Positions 1 through 11,837 of a stretch of 64,000 nt of DNA are shown here, piece by piece (the first letter of the stretch is position 1; each line of letters opens with the position of its first letter). This DNA is from Cenococcum geophilum. Its lineage: Eukaryota. A program made the translations under genes and the position numbers. The stretch spans positions 26,598,001-26,662,000 of the forward strand of contig CP158635.1 in NCBI GenBank assembly GCA_050273025.1, written 5' to 3'. The notes beneath the pieces were generated by a model, which worked only from the letters and a program-made list of their open reading frames with translations, was not told where the DNA came from and did not search any database.

Positions 1-566
1 ATCTTATAGCGGAAGTAATTAGTCTTTAATTGCTTCTTATAGGACGCAGTAGCTTTAAGGCGATTAATGGTAAAGATCCGCAGTAGGTACTTAGTAACAA
101 TACTGTCTCGCTAGCGCTTAATTAGGTAGTAGAAGAGGTTAGTGGTATTATATTTTAAAGATACCGCACTAGGTAAAGGCCTCTCTTCTATATACTACCT
201 TCCACCGACTTATAAAGTTAATAGAAAGCTCCTCCGGCTCCTCCTTTAGATCCTCCTTTAGCTCCTCCTCTAGCTGCTCCTTTAGATCCTTTTCCTCCTT
301 CTTTAGCTCCTCCTCTAGCTCCTCCTCTGGCTCCTTCTTCTCCTCTAGCTCTTCTGGCTGCTCTAACCGCGGTGGCGAAAACTCTACAAATATTAGTGAC
401 GGTAGTTGCTATGGTGGTTCTGTAGGACGCCTTACTTAACGACTTAGAGCCTTCTTTAAAGCTTGCTTTAAAGGACGCCTTAGAGTCCTTTTAGAAGCCT
501 ATGTGGGCGAGGTAGTAGACAATATACGCTTATAATTTTGGTCCTTATTGGCGCGACCAGGTATAT

Positions 567-814
567 TGTTAATCGGAAGACCGTGCACCGATTGTAAGAA
601 AAGAATGATGACTTTGTCTATTAAATGGTGGCTCTAGAGCCTCTATATATACATAGGAAAGGTGTAGGAAATGAGAACGAGAAGGGGGTAGGGGGGTGGC
701 AATGGAAACAAGGGGTAGGTGACCGAGTCAATGACCGAGTCAATGATTGAGTCAATGACTGAGTCGATGGGAGGTTGCTGAGTCGGTGATAAGATAACCT
801 GATTCAGGTCGACA
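567..814 (-). mobile_element. Solo LTR (family X) with 5-bp TSD
   Basis: Termini TGTTAA...TCGACA, flanked by TATAT at 562-566 and 815-819. Internal ~12-bp tandem repeat (TGACCGAGTCAA-like, x4) at ~720-768. Its left end resembles 57567-57707. Confidence 0.75.
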
Positions 815-1672
815 TATATATATGGGCGGCTCTATAGTTAACACCAGTAATTCTATATAATTAGCTAAATGCAGCTAGGCCAATATATGATTTTACGCCG
901 TAATTGTTTGGGGTGGAAGGCGTGGGCAAGCAAAAATAATCAATTACATCGATTTCTATGTAAAATTGGGTGGTGCGCGATAACCGGCTTTACTCCGGCG
1001 CGAGTTCACGATATTTCGGCAAGCACAGTAGAGTAGTAAGAGTTTTATTATTTATTTAATTATTATAAAAATAGCTTTAATTAAAACAACCGTTAAATAA
1101 GTAGGCTATATTAAATTTAAAATATATTTTTAACTAGTTTTATAACAAAGTCTTATAGTAAGAACTATAGTGGACTTATTAATAGGCTAGGTGTATAGGT
1201 AAACAAAAAGTCAATAATGTAATAATAACTAGTAGAGTGGTTGCCTAACAAATTAACTCTAATTATATTCTAAGATTTACTATAAAGAAGAGAACTATCT
1301 AGGTAGGGACTATAGTCCTTTAAATATATAATACTGCGCCTAAGAAATACTTAAGTATATTAATATATTAAATAATCTAAGTATATAATGTTCTAATAGA
1401 TTTTATAGATCCTATATTCCAAACTTATAACGTAATTAGCTATATAATTTAGCTACCCCTTATTTTATAGCTTAATCGGTTCTAGCGCCTTCTATATTAT
1501 TTTAACTAACCCATTTATATCTCTTTTTAGTAGTTATACTACTGCTAATATAAGGTCTGTAATACTATCCCCCTCCTCTTTATCTTTATTCTTAAAGATT
1601 TCTCCTATCTCTAAGTTGTCTATTAGAGATATAGCATTCCTATCTTTAATTTAATAACCTTTATTATCCCTA

Positions 1673-2250
1673 ATGCCTCTTATTAGATCCTCTATATCTA
1701 AGCGTTATACTTATATAATTTTAATAATCCTCTTACTAAGTAAAATTATATCTTCTTATTCTCGTTATATAGAGAAGAAGTTAGTATATATTGCAATTAT
1801 AGCTCCGTCTAGTTACTAACCTTCTTTTTATACTAAGTATACGTAAGCGAATATACGATTATCTTGCAATATTTAATCCGTTTCTAACACTAAGTATACG
1901 CATTTTATTAGTCTTTAAAGTCTCTAACTTTCTTATCTAATCTACTATAGGGTCCTATATTTAATCTACTGCTATAAAGCTTAATAAGGAACTCTTGCTA
2001 GCTTTAAATAAGCTTTATTATTCTTATAAGGTAAATTAAAAGGTTATAGAAGCTTAGTAATAGGCTACTAAGGCTTACCTAGCCACATCCATTCAGCTAC
2101 TCCGTCTTAAAAATGTATGTAAAAAGGTACGCTTTAAGGAGTTCCGTCTTATAAAGTAAGGTTTAGTAAAGCTTAAGACTAAAGAGGCTAAAAGGGGTTC
2201 TAATTAAGAAGAGGCGGAAATAGCTCGTACGCTAGTAGTAGATCCCTTAG
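1673..2250 (+). pseudogene. RIP-degenerated antisense accessory gene of Gypsy A (Cys-cluster plus coiled coil)
   Basis: ATG at 1673. Translation SRYIEKKLVYIAII..PSFYTKYT*ANIRLSCN aligns with the antisense ORF of element B. The end coordinate is approximate. Confidence 0.5.
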
Positions 2251-3629
2251 ATAATCCGGCTCGTCTATTACCCTTAACTAATCCCTTTATCTTTAGCTCC
2301 TTCTTAATATTACCTAATCTATTCTTCTCTAATACTCCTATACCTTTTTATAGCGTTCTTTAGGTTTTCTAGTAGTTCTTAGGTAGTCTTATTATAGCCT
2401 ATTTACTTTACTTTATACTATATTTTATCGTTAATATCTTTATAACTAACAATCTTTAAAACTTACTATTTGTCTTCTTCTTATCCTCTATATATATCTG
2501 CTTTATAAACTAGTAGCTCTACGTCTCTATACGCTAGCTTTAGTATTGCAATATACTATATAGGGTAGATTTTTATCTTTACTAGTAAGTTAAGTCTATA
2601 TATAACTTCTAAAATCTTAGCTATAATTTTAAATAGTCCTAGTCTAATATAATCTAATTTCTTACTTAGTCGTTAACTTGTAAAAATTTTATATAATAAC
2701 TATACTTTATCCCCCTCCTTTAGATCTAGTCCCTTAGATCTCTTAATATTATAGTACTTTTTTTTATCCTTTTTTATACTATTTTTACTATAAAATAGAG
2801 GTCCTTATAAAGATTTATTAGAGTCTCTATTCTCTCTTTTACTATACTACTTATTTTCTTTACTTATTATGGTAATAACGATATTTTAGGCTTATACCTG
2901 TAATTTGCCTAAAATAGTAATATCTCTATACATTTCTATAGTGTCACGTTATATATAAACTATATAACTGGTAATAGCGATGCCTAATTATTCTATACGT
3001 AATTAATATAATACCTTAGATACTATTCTAGTGTCTAGTTTAATCTTTCTGTTTATCTATCTATCTATAGATAATATACAGTAGAAGTTACTGCTCTAAC
3101 TCCTTACTCCGCTAAAAAATACTTCCTAAAATACTGCTATAAATCTTAAATCTCTATCTAATATAATTTTACTTAGTACTTTATATCTTATAAACACTTC
3201 CTTAATATAGATTCTAGCGATATCTTCCGCTAAGATTTTTTCTATATATACTATAAAATAGCCCTATTTAGTTAACTTGTCTACTATTATAAGGATTATA
3301 TTATACTTCTATCCGGTAATAGGGTTTTTTAACTTTAGTAACTTTATAATAAAGTCCTATAATATTATCTCCTATAGACGTTCTAGTACCTTAATAGGCT
3401 ATAGCTTTCTATACGGCTTATACTTTATTAGCTTATTTCTTTAGCAATCTAAATACTCCTTTATAACTTTTCTTGCTAAGCCCTAGATTTTATAAATAAT
3501 ATACTTTTTCTAAAGTCTTAATACTAAGCCTATAGCTCCACTATATCCTTATATTATTCCCTTATAGAAATCTTTAATAAACTTCTCTATTATTCCCCTT
3601 ACGATATATTTATTTATTTTCTACTTATA

Positions 3630-5127
3630 TATTATGTTATGATATTTAATTACGCTATTGCGGCTCTCGTTAGGGTCTATGCAGCGGGTCTATATGGGTA
3701 TATATATATACATATATAAGAGGGGAACCGTACCGCTAGGGCCGGATAAAACCTCTTCTTTTCTTGTTATACGGCCTATATGGCTTATTATGCGGCCTAT
3801 ATAGCCTCTCTTTTAATTAGTGACTGCCAAGCACAAGTAGACGTCTCTTTAAGGCGCTATAGAAAAGCCATCTTAATGCGTACTCCTAGGTCTATTCGGT
3901 GGGGTGTATAGCTAGGGCCTAGGTTTTATTCCTGGCTGCTCTAGTTATCTAGGTAGGGCGTGGGCCAGTGGCCTATAAGGCTGGTAGTGGCTAGGATACA
4001 TTTGTATTATAAAGCTACGAGAGTTATATACAAAGTAGAGTTGCGGAGGCCCTCCTACTAGGGCCCTCTACTATAGTTTTCCACTTTAGACGCCCCCTAG
4101 ACGCCTGTCCGCTTCTATAGCAGCTAGCTAGCTAAAACTAGCCACTGCCTATATGCACCTGATTTGCTCTATAAGCCTATCCTTATAACTTACCCCTGCC
4201 TAAATAAACCGACACGCACGTCTGTCCTTTTAGGCTATATAGATAGTGTCGTCAATAAGGTATTAATCCTTCCTCTGAGATAGGTCTACTAGGAGTTAGA
4301 GCCTAGTAAAGGGGTAAGGTTCCTAGAGTCGTTCGTTACTACTATTATATACTACGCCCTATAACCGTTGCTGGCTACTTCGCGTTACCTATAACGCTTT
4401 TATAATAATAGGCCGACCGTGTCTTATAGGCGTAGGCCTATAATAACTTAACGCCGCGTAGCTATTGTTCCTTAGCCGCCTACTAACTAAACTTATTATC
4501 CTTTTATCTTAACTAATACCTATATCTAAGTCCGTTTTAGCCTACCTATATAGGTTTATCCTAGCTCTTTCTTAGTCTATTTTAAATTAACGTTGCCGCC
4601 TAGAGAGGTTGCCCTAGCTCTTTCTTAGTCCGTTTTAGATTAACGTCGCCGCCTAAAGATAGGTTAACGCCGCTGCGTAGAAAGGGAGGATTAACGTCGC
4701 TAAATATAGTTAATGGTGTTAAGATTCTTCCTATACCCTCGCTATTCTCCCCTAGTTTTAAAGCGGAATAAGTATAGAGGTGCCCTATTGTCCCCTTAGA
4801 CCTATCGCTTCTGCTAGTAAATATAGGCGCTAGCTTATAGCCCTAGATCGGTTATCTAGGTAGAGAGATGTTAGGTAGTTCTTAAAACTATTCCTCTGTT
4901 CTTCTGTAGTGTTTTTTAAGTCTTAGCACGCCAAGACCCACGAAAACTCTGCTATTCTGACGGCGTTAAGGACAATGTATTCAAAAGCGCCCTCTAGTAA
5001 CGACGTAACGCCGCTATATTAGTAATAGACGAGATCCTCACTTTTAGCTTAACCGTGCGGATAAAATAAGATGGAAAGGAACCCCTATAGGACAGTATGG
5101 ATCGGATCTCGCTTTTGGTGTTCCTTG
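3630..5127 (-). mobile_element. 1.5-kb insertion in Gypsy A pol with a 12-bp TSD; probable non-LTR retroelement derivative
   Basis: TTTCTACTTATA is repeated at 3618-3629 and 5128-5139, and Gypsy homology resumes after it. Simple A-rich tail on the minus strand at ~3630-3650. GC is higher than in the host. Internal ~55-bp tandem duplication at ~4560-4665. Confidence 0.55.
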
Positions 5128-8100
5128 TTTCTACTTATACTAGTCCGTTTTTAGGTCCTTAAATTACGCCTTTTAAATTCTTCTTATCTAATTTCTTTCT
5201 AGTAGCTCGTGTTCTTAAGTTACTATAATCTTAGAATAATTATACCTAATTAATCTATTACTATCCTTTTATAGTATTGCCCCTAATAGTTTCTTATTAT
5301 TTTATAGTCTAGCTTTTTTACTTAATATATTTACTCTTATATTCTTAGTACCCTTAGTATACTAAATCTTAAAATAGTATTCTATAAGCATTTCTACCTA
5401 TTTAACTTATCTTCTATTAAGTTCCTTTATTATTAGGAACCCTATAATCTATCTTAACTATAAATAGTTTCTCTATACCTTATAAGAATGCTTTCTATTT
5501 TTTAAGTGCTGTAATTATCCCTAATAACTCCTTATTATAGATATCGTAGTTTAACTCTAGTAGTATTATCTTTTAACTATAGTACGCTACTAAATGCCAT
5601 ATATTCTTATACTTTTATAATAGGCATACTCCTAATATAAAGTTTAATACATTTATTTTTATAACCGTCTCTAATTCTAGTTAATAGATTTTAAGGATTA
5701 GTTCTTAGGTAAATAACTCCTTAAGTTCCTTAAACAACTTCTTTTACTTATTACCCTATACTTACGGTTCCTCTTTTTTTTATAAGCCTGGTAAAGGGTT
5801 TAATATTCTTTAACTATTATACTATAAACTTTCTATAGTAGTTACAAAACCCTAAGAATAACCTTAACTGTATTATATTTTCTAGTTCTTACCAACTTAC
5901 TATAGCTTTAATCTTTTTTAGGTCTATATTAATATAACTTAATAAAATTAGTCTTCCTAGGAAATAACTTATATTTCTTAATTGCTATTAGTATCTATTC
6001 CTTTTATAGTCTCTTTAAAACCCATTTAACATATTCTCTATATTCTTCCTTAGTTATTAAATAGATATTATTATTATTAAGGTATACTATAATAAACTTA
6101 TTAAGGTGTTCTTTTAATATACTATTAATTTGCTTCTAGAACGTTGCTAGTATATTTATAAGTCCGAATTGCATAACTAATAGTTTATATAGTCCTTCCT
6201 TTAACCTAAAGGCTGCCTTTTATTTATTACCTTCCTTAATTCTAATCTAATAATACGCCTATCTTAAATCTATCTTTATAAAGACTTACGCATTACCTAT
6301 TTAATTCTAGATTTCGCTAATTAAGGGTAAAGAATACCTATCCTTCCTAGTAATACTATTTAACTATCTATAGTTAATACACAGCCTAGGTTTTCCGTTC
6401 TTCTTTAGTATAAACAGTACTAAATATTCTACTAATAATTGCGATAGTCTAATATATCCATTTTATAGATTCTCTTAAATAAACTCTTTAAGTACTCTTA
6501 ACTCCTCTTTGGTAAGCTTATAGATTAGAGAGAACTTTAGACTTATTCCTAGTTCTAACTCTATTTTATAGTTCTATACTATATACTCTAACAGCTTCTT
6601 ACTTTCTAGGCTCTATAGTTTTTTGCTATACTTATAGTATCTCTTTAGTATATAGGATAACCCTTTCTCAGTTTCCTTATATATCGCTCTAACTTAGTAC
6701 TATACTAACTTAGTTACTATACGCCTTTTATATTATTGAGTATTTTTAATATTAACCTAACCTATAACCTAATTAATCTTTAAATTATATTCTTGTGACT
6801 AAGGCATGCCTAATACTGCCTCGTTCTATTCTAATAGTAAAATATTAAAAAACATTTTAATTTGTCTCCTTTTAATAGTTATCTATATAGGTTTTATTTT
6901 AATATTAATAATGCCTCCTCTATAGGCTATTAGATCTCCTAAAATTATAACTAATAGATAAGAATGCTCCTTTTATCTATAAAATAGTCCTATTCTTTTT
7001 ACTACTGCTAGTAATATATAGTTTCTTATTACTTTACTATCTATTAATGCTTCGAACTATTGATTTTACTAATTAAACTATAAATTTAAGTGTTGTCCTT
7101 AAATTCCTTTAAGGGTTTAAGCCTTTACTACTAGCTCCTTCTAGTTTTATAGGCCTCTACTTTTCCTAACTATTAGCTGCTTAATCTTATTTATACTTAG
7201 CTTGCTCTTTAGCTAATACCTAGTTTACTTTTTATCCTTAATATGCTATAGATATATATTCTCTAGGCATTTCTACTACTATTATCCGTCTAAGTATTCT
7301 TCCGTAAGAGATCTTCTTAATTAAAGTATTAAGTCTCCTAACCTCTAAACTTCTATTAAATACCATCCATATATATACTTAGTATTTTTATACTATTGCT
7401 TATCTAGCGCCTAATATATTCTTATAAGGTACTTCTAATTCTTTTCCTTTAGATTTTTATATATATTATATATATTATCTATATATACAATCCATGTTAA
7501 TATATAATACGCTAGGTGCTTTAGGTTAACTCTTAGCTTATCTTTATTTATAAGTTTAAACCTCTATCTAGCTAATTTAAATGCTAGCCTATTATTTACT
7601 AGTATTATAATTTACCTTTTATCTCTCTAGTCCTCTAATCTTTCTTCTAGATTTCTTAACGTTATAATTAACGCTCCTTTAATATAACTTATACGTTTTT
7701 CTATAATTGCTTAGTTTTAAATAACTTTTTCGTCTAGCTATATATAAAAGTCTTCCCATTTATTATTATATCGCTATCTATACTACTTTTAGTATAGTTC
7801 TGTAAGCGTATATAATCTATCTATAAGAAAATATCTTATTATTACTATATTATTACAACCTTTAGTATACCGTTCTTTAAATCTAGTTAAAACCCCTAGG
7901 TTCTTTTCTTATTCCAGTTCTTTAAGCTACTTTACTTTTAGCGTACCTGCTCTAGGCCTATTAATAATTTTTTATATAAGTACTTTAACCCTTAGTCTAC
8001 CTAGTATTCTTAACCCTTAGTAGCCTCTTTATTCTTACCACATTTTAATTTAATTCTTAAATCTTTCTTAGTCTTCTCCTAGTCTATATCTAGCTATAGA

Positions 8101-8531
8101 ATCCTCTAGATCTATAAACTTTATAATTCTAGTATTAACTATTTAACTTTAAGGCTAAATATTTTATTTACCTATTATAGGACTCTTTTTCTTAGTTATA
8201 AAAGCTTTATCTTCCTAATTATCTACTCTAATCTATCCTCGTAGATAACTAGCCTATACTCTTATTCTTTCTTTAGAGTCTTAAGCCTTTAGCCTTTTGC
8301 CTTTATTAAGTACTAAAGTGGTTTACTATCCTACTTCTTTTATATCTTATAAAGCAATAGATATTATATCTAATAGAGTCTCGATCCCTATTATTAATCC
8401 CTTTTCTATAATAGATTTAATCTCTACCTTTATTATAACATCTCTAAAGTCTATATACTCCTAGTAAGCTGCCTTTATTACCTTATTATCACTAAATATT
8501 TCGGCTATATTAAATTTATCGTCTTTAATAT

Positions 8532-8753
8532 TGTTGGGAATAAAGGCAAGTGGTCACTACATAAGGCACATTGCCATCACGTGTAGCAAGTTGCCGTTAC
8601 GTACGGCAACTTGCCGTCACGTGCCGCCGCGGCACTAGCGTGGTGAGGAACCTTAAGTTCCTCACCCCTTTCTTCAAGAAGAAAAAACAAGAACAACAAT
8701 TATCATACTATCTACGAACCGTAGCTACGTGATATCACCTTATGTAACCAACA
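8532..8753 (+). mobile_element. Solo LTR of the Copia family, inserted in Gypsy A gag
   Basis: Termini TGTTGG...CCAACA with AATAT TSD at 8527-8531 and 8754-8758. Similar to the split Copia LTR at 16325-16430 plus 24335-24429. Confidence 0.9.
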
Positions 8754-9493
8754 AATATCCAATCTATAAAATAGTTTGTTGGTTTCTCTAAACTTTAATA
8801 ATTTTAGCTCTTATAGCCAATAGCTTGCGCTATACTTAGCGTCTTTATAAGTTTAGTATGCGTTGTTATAATAAAACGCAAAACTTCTAATTAAACACTC
8901 TTTGGTTCCTCGTAGTATACTATTATCCCTCTATATATATATATTGTCTACTAGTCTAGTTCTCTTTACCACATAGTTTCTCTAATTATCTTTATAGTCT
9001 CTAGCAAAATAACCCTATTTTCCATAATTTATATAAGCTCCTTCTTTAAACCATTTTTATTATTATAGAGTCCGCTTAAACATCTTCTGCTATTAAGATC
9101 CTTAGTTTAGCCTCTACTCCTTAGACCTTTAATTACTTAATTCTTATCCTCTAGGTTTCCATAGTCGTTTACCTTTATACTCTTTAGTATTACTTAGGTC
9201 TATTAGCTTTAATCTACTATTCTATAATTTCTAACTTAGTTAATACGTGCCTTACGCCTTATATAACTATAGAACTTTATTTTAACCCTTCTTAGCCTGT
9301 TATTATTAATAGACCCTATTATTAATCTTAATTACTTAATCTATTAGTTCCCTAAGTATGTCCGCATCTCCTACTAGGATAATTACGTCCTAGACTTTTG
9401 CTTTAAGTCCCTATTTATACTATACCATAAGCGCCTTATTATTTTATTTAACTTACGTTATTAGTATTTAAAACTATATTATATACTTAATAG

Positions 9494-11797
9494 AGTATAT
9501 AAAGAGAGGCTATTATAGAGGCTTATAGTAAGAGGTATACTGCTAGTGCTAGTGTAGTAGATTGATGCATTTTGCTCTAATTATACGGCGACTATCTTAG
9601 TCAACGGCTATACCTCTAACTAGCAACAGTTACTACAAGTAGGACTACTGTAAGGATCGCCGCTCTTACTAATACTGTTCCTCTTTTTTAACGCTAACCT
9701 AGTTTAGTACCGGCTTAATATAAATAGAGGCTTAATGGCGTTTATAGACAACTATAATGTATAGGTTATAGGACCATCAGTAGCAGCAAACTGTGAAGGT
9801 ATTTAGGCTATTATTAATAGAGTAATAGACTGGGAGAAATGAAGCGGCGTAACGTTTAAAGGAGAAAAGACTATATTAGTGTACTTTATGAGAAACGCGG
9901 AGCGGACCAATACTACCCCATTTATAATTAAGGGAAAAATAGTTATACTAGGGCATACAGCTAAGATTCTAGGGGTAGTTATGGATGCGGAGCTTTAGTA
10001 TAAGTAATATATCGCAAAAGCAGCCACCAAGGGCCTTATCGCAGCTATAGCACTAAAGAGACTCTGGATAGTATCCCCCTTAACCGTAAGACAGCTATTT
10101 GGGGCAACGGTAGCGCCGGTAGTAGACTACGCCTTAAACATCTAAATACACGTCTGTGGGGGTTCCGCTATAGCCGTAATGAATAGGGTGCAAAGAATTA
10201 GAGCGTAGGCAATTATAGGAACTTTCCGTATAGTAGCTATAGTTATTGGGGAAGCTAAAGCAAGCATACGGTTAGTACGCGAGCGGCATTTAAAGAGGGC
10301 CACTAAGCTATAGGTCGACCTCTACACGCTATATAAAATGAACCCGCTTTTAAGGCTCCGCATAAAGGTGCTTTAGAGGTTTACGTCCCCACTATAGAAG
10401 ATAGCCTATATATACCAATATACACTAACAGATAAGATAGAGGTCATTTAACCCTACGTAGTACTATTATGGGAGGACCAACTGCCTATAAGTATTAACT
10501 TAGATAAAGATAGGGCAACTAAAGCCGCTAACTTCGTTTAAGGCATATAGATCGCAATAAGCTCGTCCGGGAGAAGAGGCATAGTAGGGATAGGAGGTAT
10601 TATTTATAATACCCTTAGCAATACACTAAATAGGGAAGCGGTTATATACTTAACTATACTAGGACTAAGAGCAGAATAGAACCTATACACGGCTAAACTA
10701 ATGGTAATATTATTAGCGATAAGACGCTTACTACTGGATCTATAAGGGAGACAGATTACTATATTTACTAGTAATTAGGCGGCACTACTAGTGCTTAGCT
10801 AACCTAAGCACTAGTCTGGTTAAATAAGTATTGCATAGATCTATAATATAGCCCGTATATTAAGGTAAAGAAGCAACCGCGTCCTTATAGCATGGGTCCT
10901 AATATAAGGGGAGTTTGTACTAGGTAAGAAGGCAAAAGAAGCAGCATAGTAGGCCACTATGTAAGGACGCCTACTATAAGGACAATAATACTAGGCTAAG
11001 GCTACAATAATTAATACAGTAAGAGTAAGATAGTAGGGTAGGAAAATACTACCGGAAGGAGTAGGAAGGTACTTAAGAAAAATGGATATAGTACTACCAG
11101 GTAAACATACCCGTAGGCTATATAACTCTCTTAAGTAAGAAGAGGTAAACGTGTTAGCCTAACTACGGACGGGAATAATATGACTTAATGGATATCTATA
11201 CCGGATTGGAGCGGTAGAATTAAATTAATATAACTGCGGACAAGTAAGAGAAATAGTAGAATATTTCCTCTTTAGGTATATAAAATGGACAGTGTATTAA
11301 GAATAAATGCTATAGCAAATAGATATAAGATAAGGCAGCTTATCCTTTTACCTTAGGGGCAAGGCGCCATCTAACCCTAGACAGTAGACACTAAACGTGG
11401 ACATAGTCTAAACGATAGTAAAATATATAATAGCCACCGGACGACTTAAGGCAGAACCGGATCAATAACCCGCCCACTATAGTTAAACCCCCCCCCCCCT
11501 CACACTTCGACCAACCCATACTATATACCCTTGTGCCACTAGCAGATCTCGCTTTAATTGCTAAAGATAGGACAATAAACACTTAGAGGAACAGCCCCCC
11601 AAGACTACCTACTACTAACCACCTATAAGATCTCGCAGAATAAGGTATTAGTAACACTAGGGAGTACTAAGTAAGGCATATATACGGGCTTATACGAGAA
11701 TATGGCGAGACTAAAAGGAGCGAAAATATATAATATAGTACTAGTGCCCTTTAGGCTTAGTGCCTCCGGGCGGAATAAATATCATCATTATTATTAT
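9494..11797 (+). mobile_element. 5'-truncated Tad1-like LINE (RT C-half, RNase H, C-terminal Cys motif), RIPed
   Basis: Degenerate GLPQGSPLSP-like motif (GLL*GSPLLLILFLFF, ~9640-9690) and AFVDD-like motif (AFIDNY, ~9740). RNase H-like region at ~10550-10950. LAQLRTG motif at ~11160. AATAAA followed by an (ATC/ATT)n tail at 11773-11797. Confidence 0.85.
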
Positions 11798-11837
11798 CTA
11801 CGCGTAATGCAATTTATAACCTCTACTTATACAGACA
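11798..11837. mobile_element. Terminal fragment of a family-Y LTR
   Basis: CTACGCGTAATGCAATTTATAACCTCTACTTATACAGACA matches the end of the solo LTR at 60769-60980. Confidence 0.7.

Larger units (their letters stand above)
1141..9493 (-). mobile_element. RIP-degenerated Ty3/Gypsy chromovirus (element A), 5'-truncated
   Basis: 424-bp 3' LTR at 1141-1564 with a polypurine tract next to it (~1565-1585). The internal region is the reverse complement of a relative of element B (chromodomain ~2320-2480, integrase, RNase H, RT, protease ~7030, gag). Many TAA/TAG stops. Homology ends abruptly inside gag at ~9493. Confidence 0.88.

Noticed and set aside
150..520. Minus-strand Glu-rich reading frame (EQPEELEEKKEPEEELEEELKKEE...)
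   Set aside because: It lies in RIPed DNA at the window edge, has stops and no recognisable domain. It is probably a transposon protein relic but cannot be classified.
720..768. 12-bp tandem repeats, and the CGTGGTC arrays at 47.9 and 53.9 kb, considered as CRISPR-like arrays
   Set aside because: There are no unique spacers, the context is eukaryotic, and they are explained as LTR-internal and subterminal transposon repeats.
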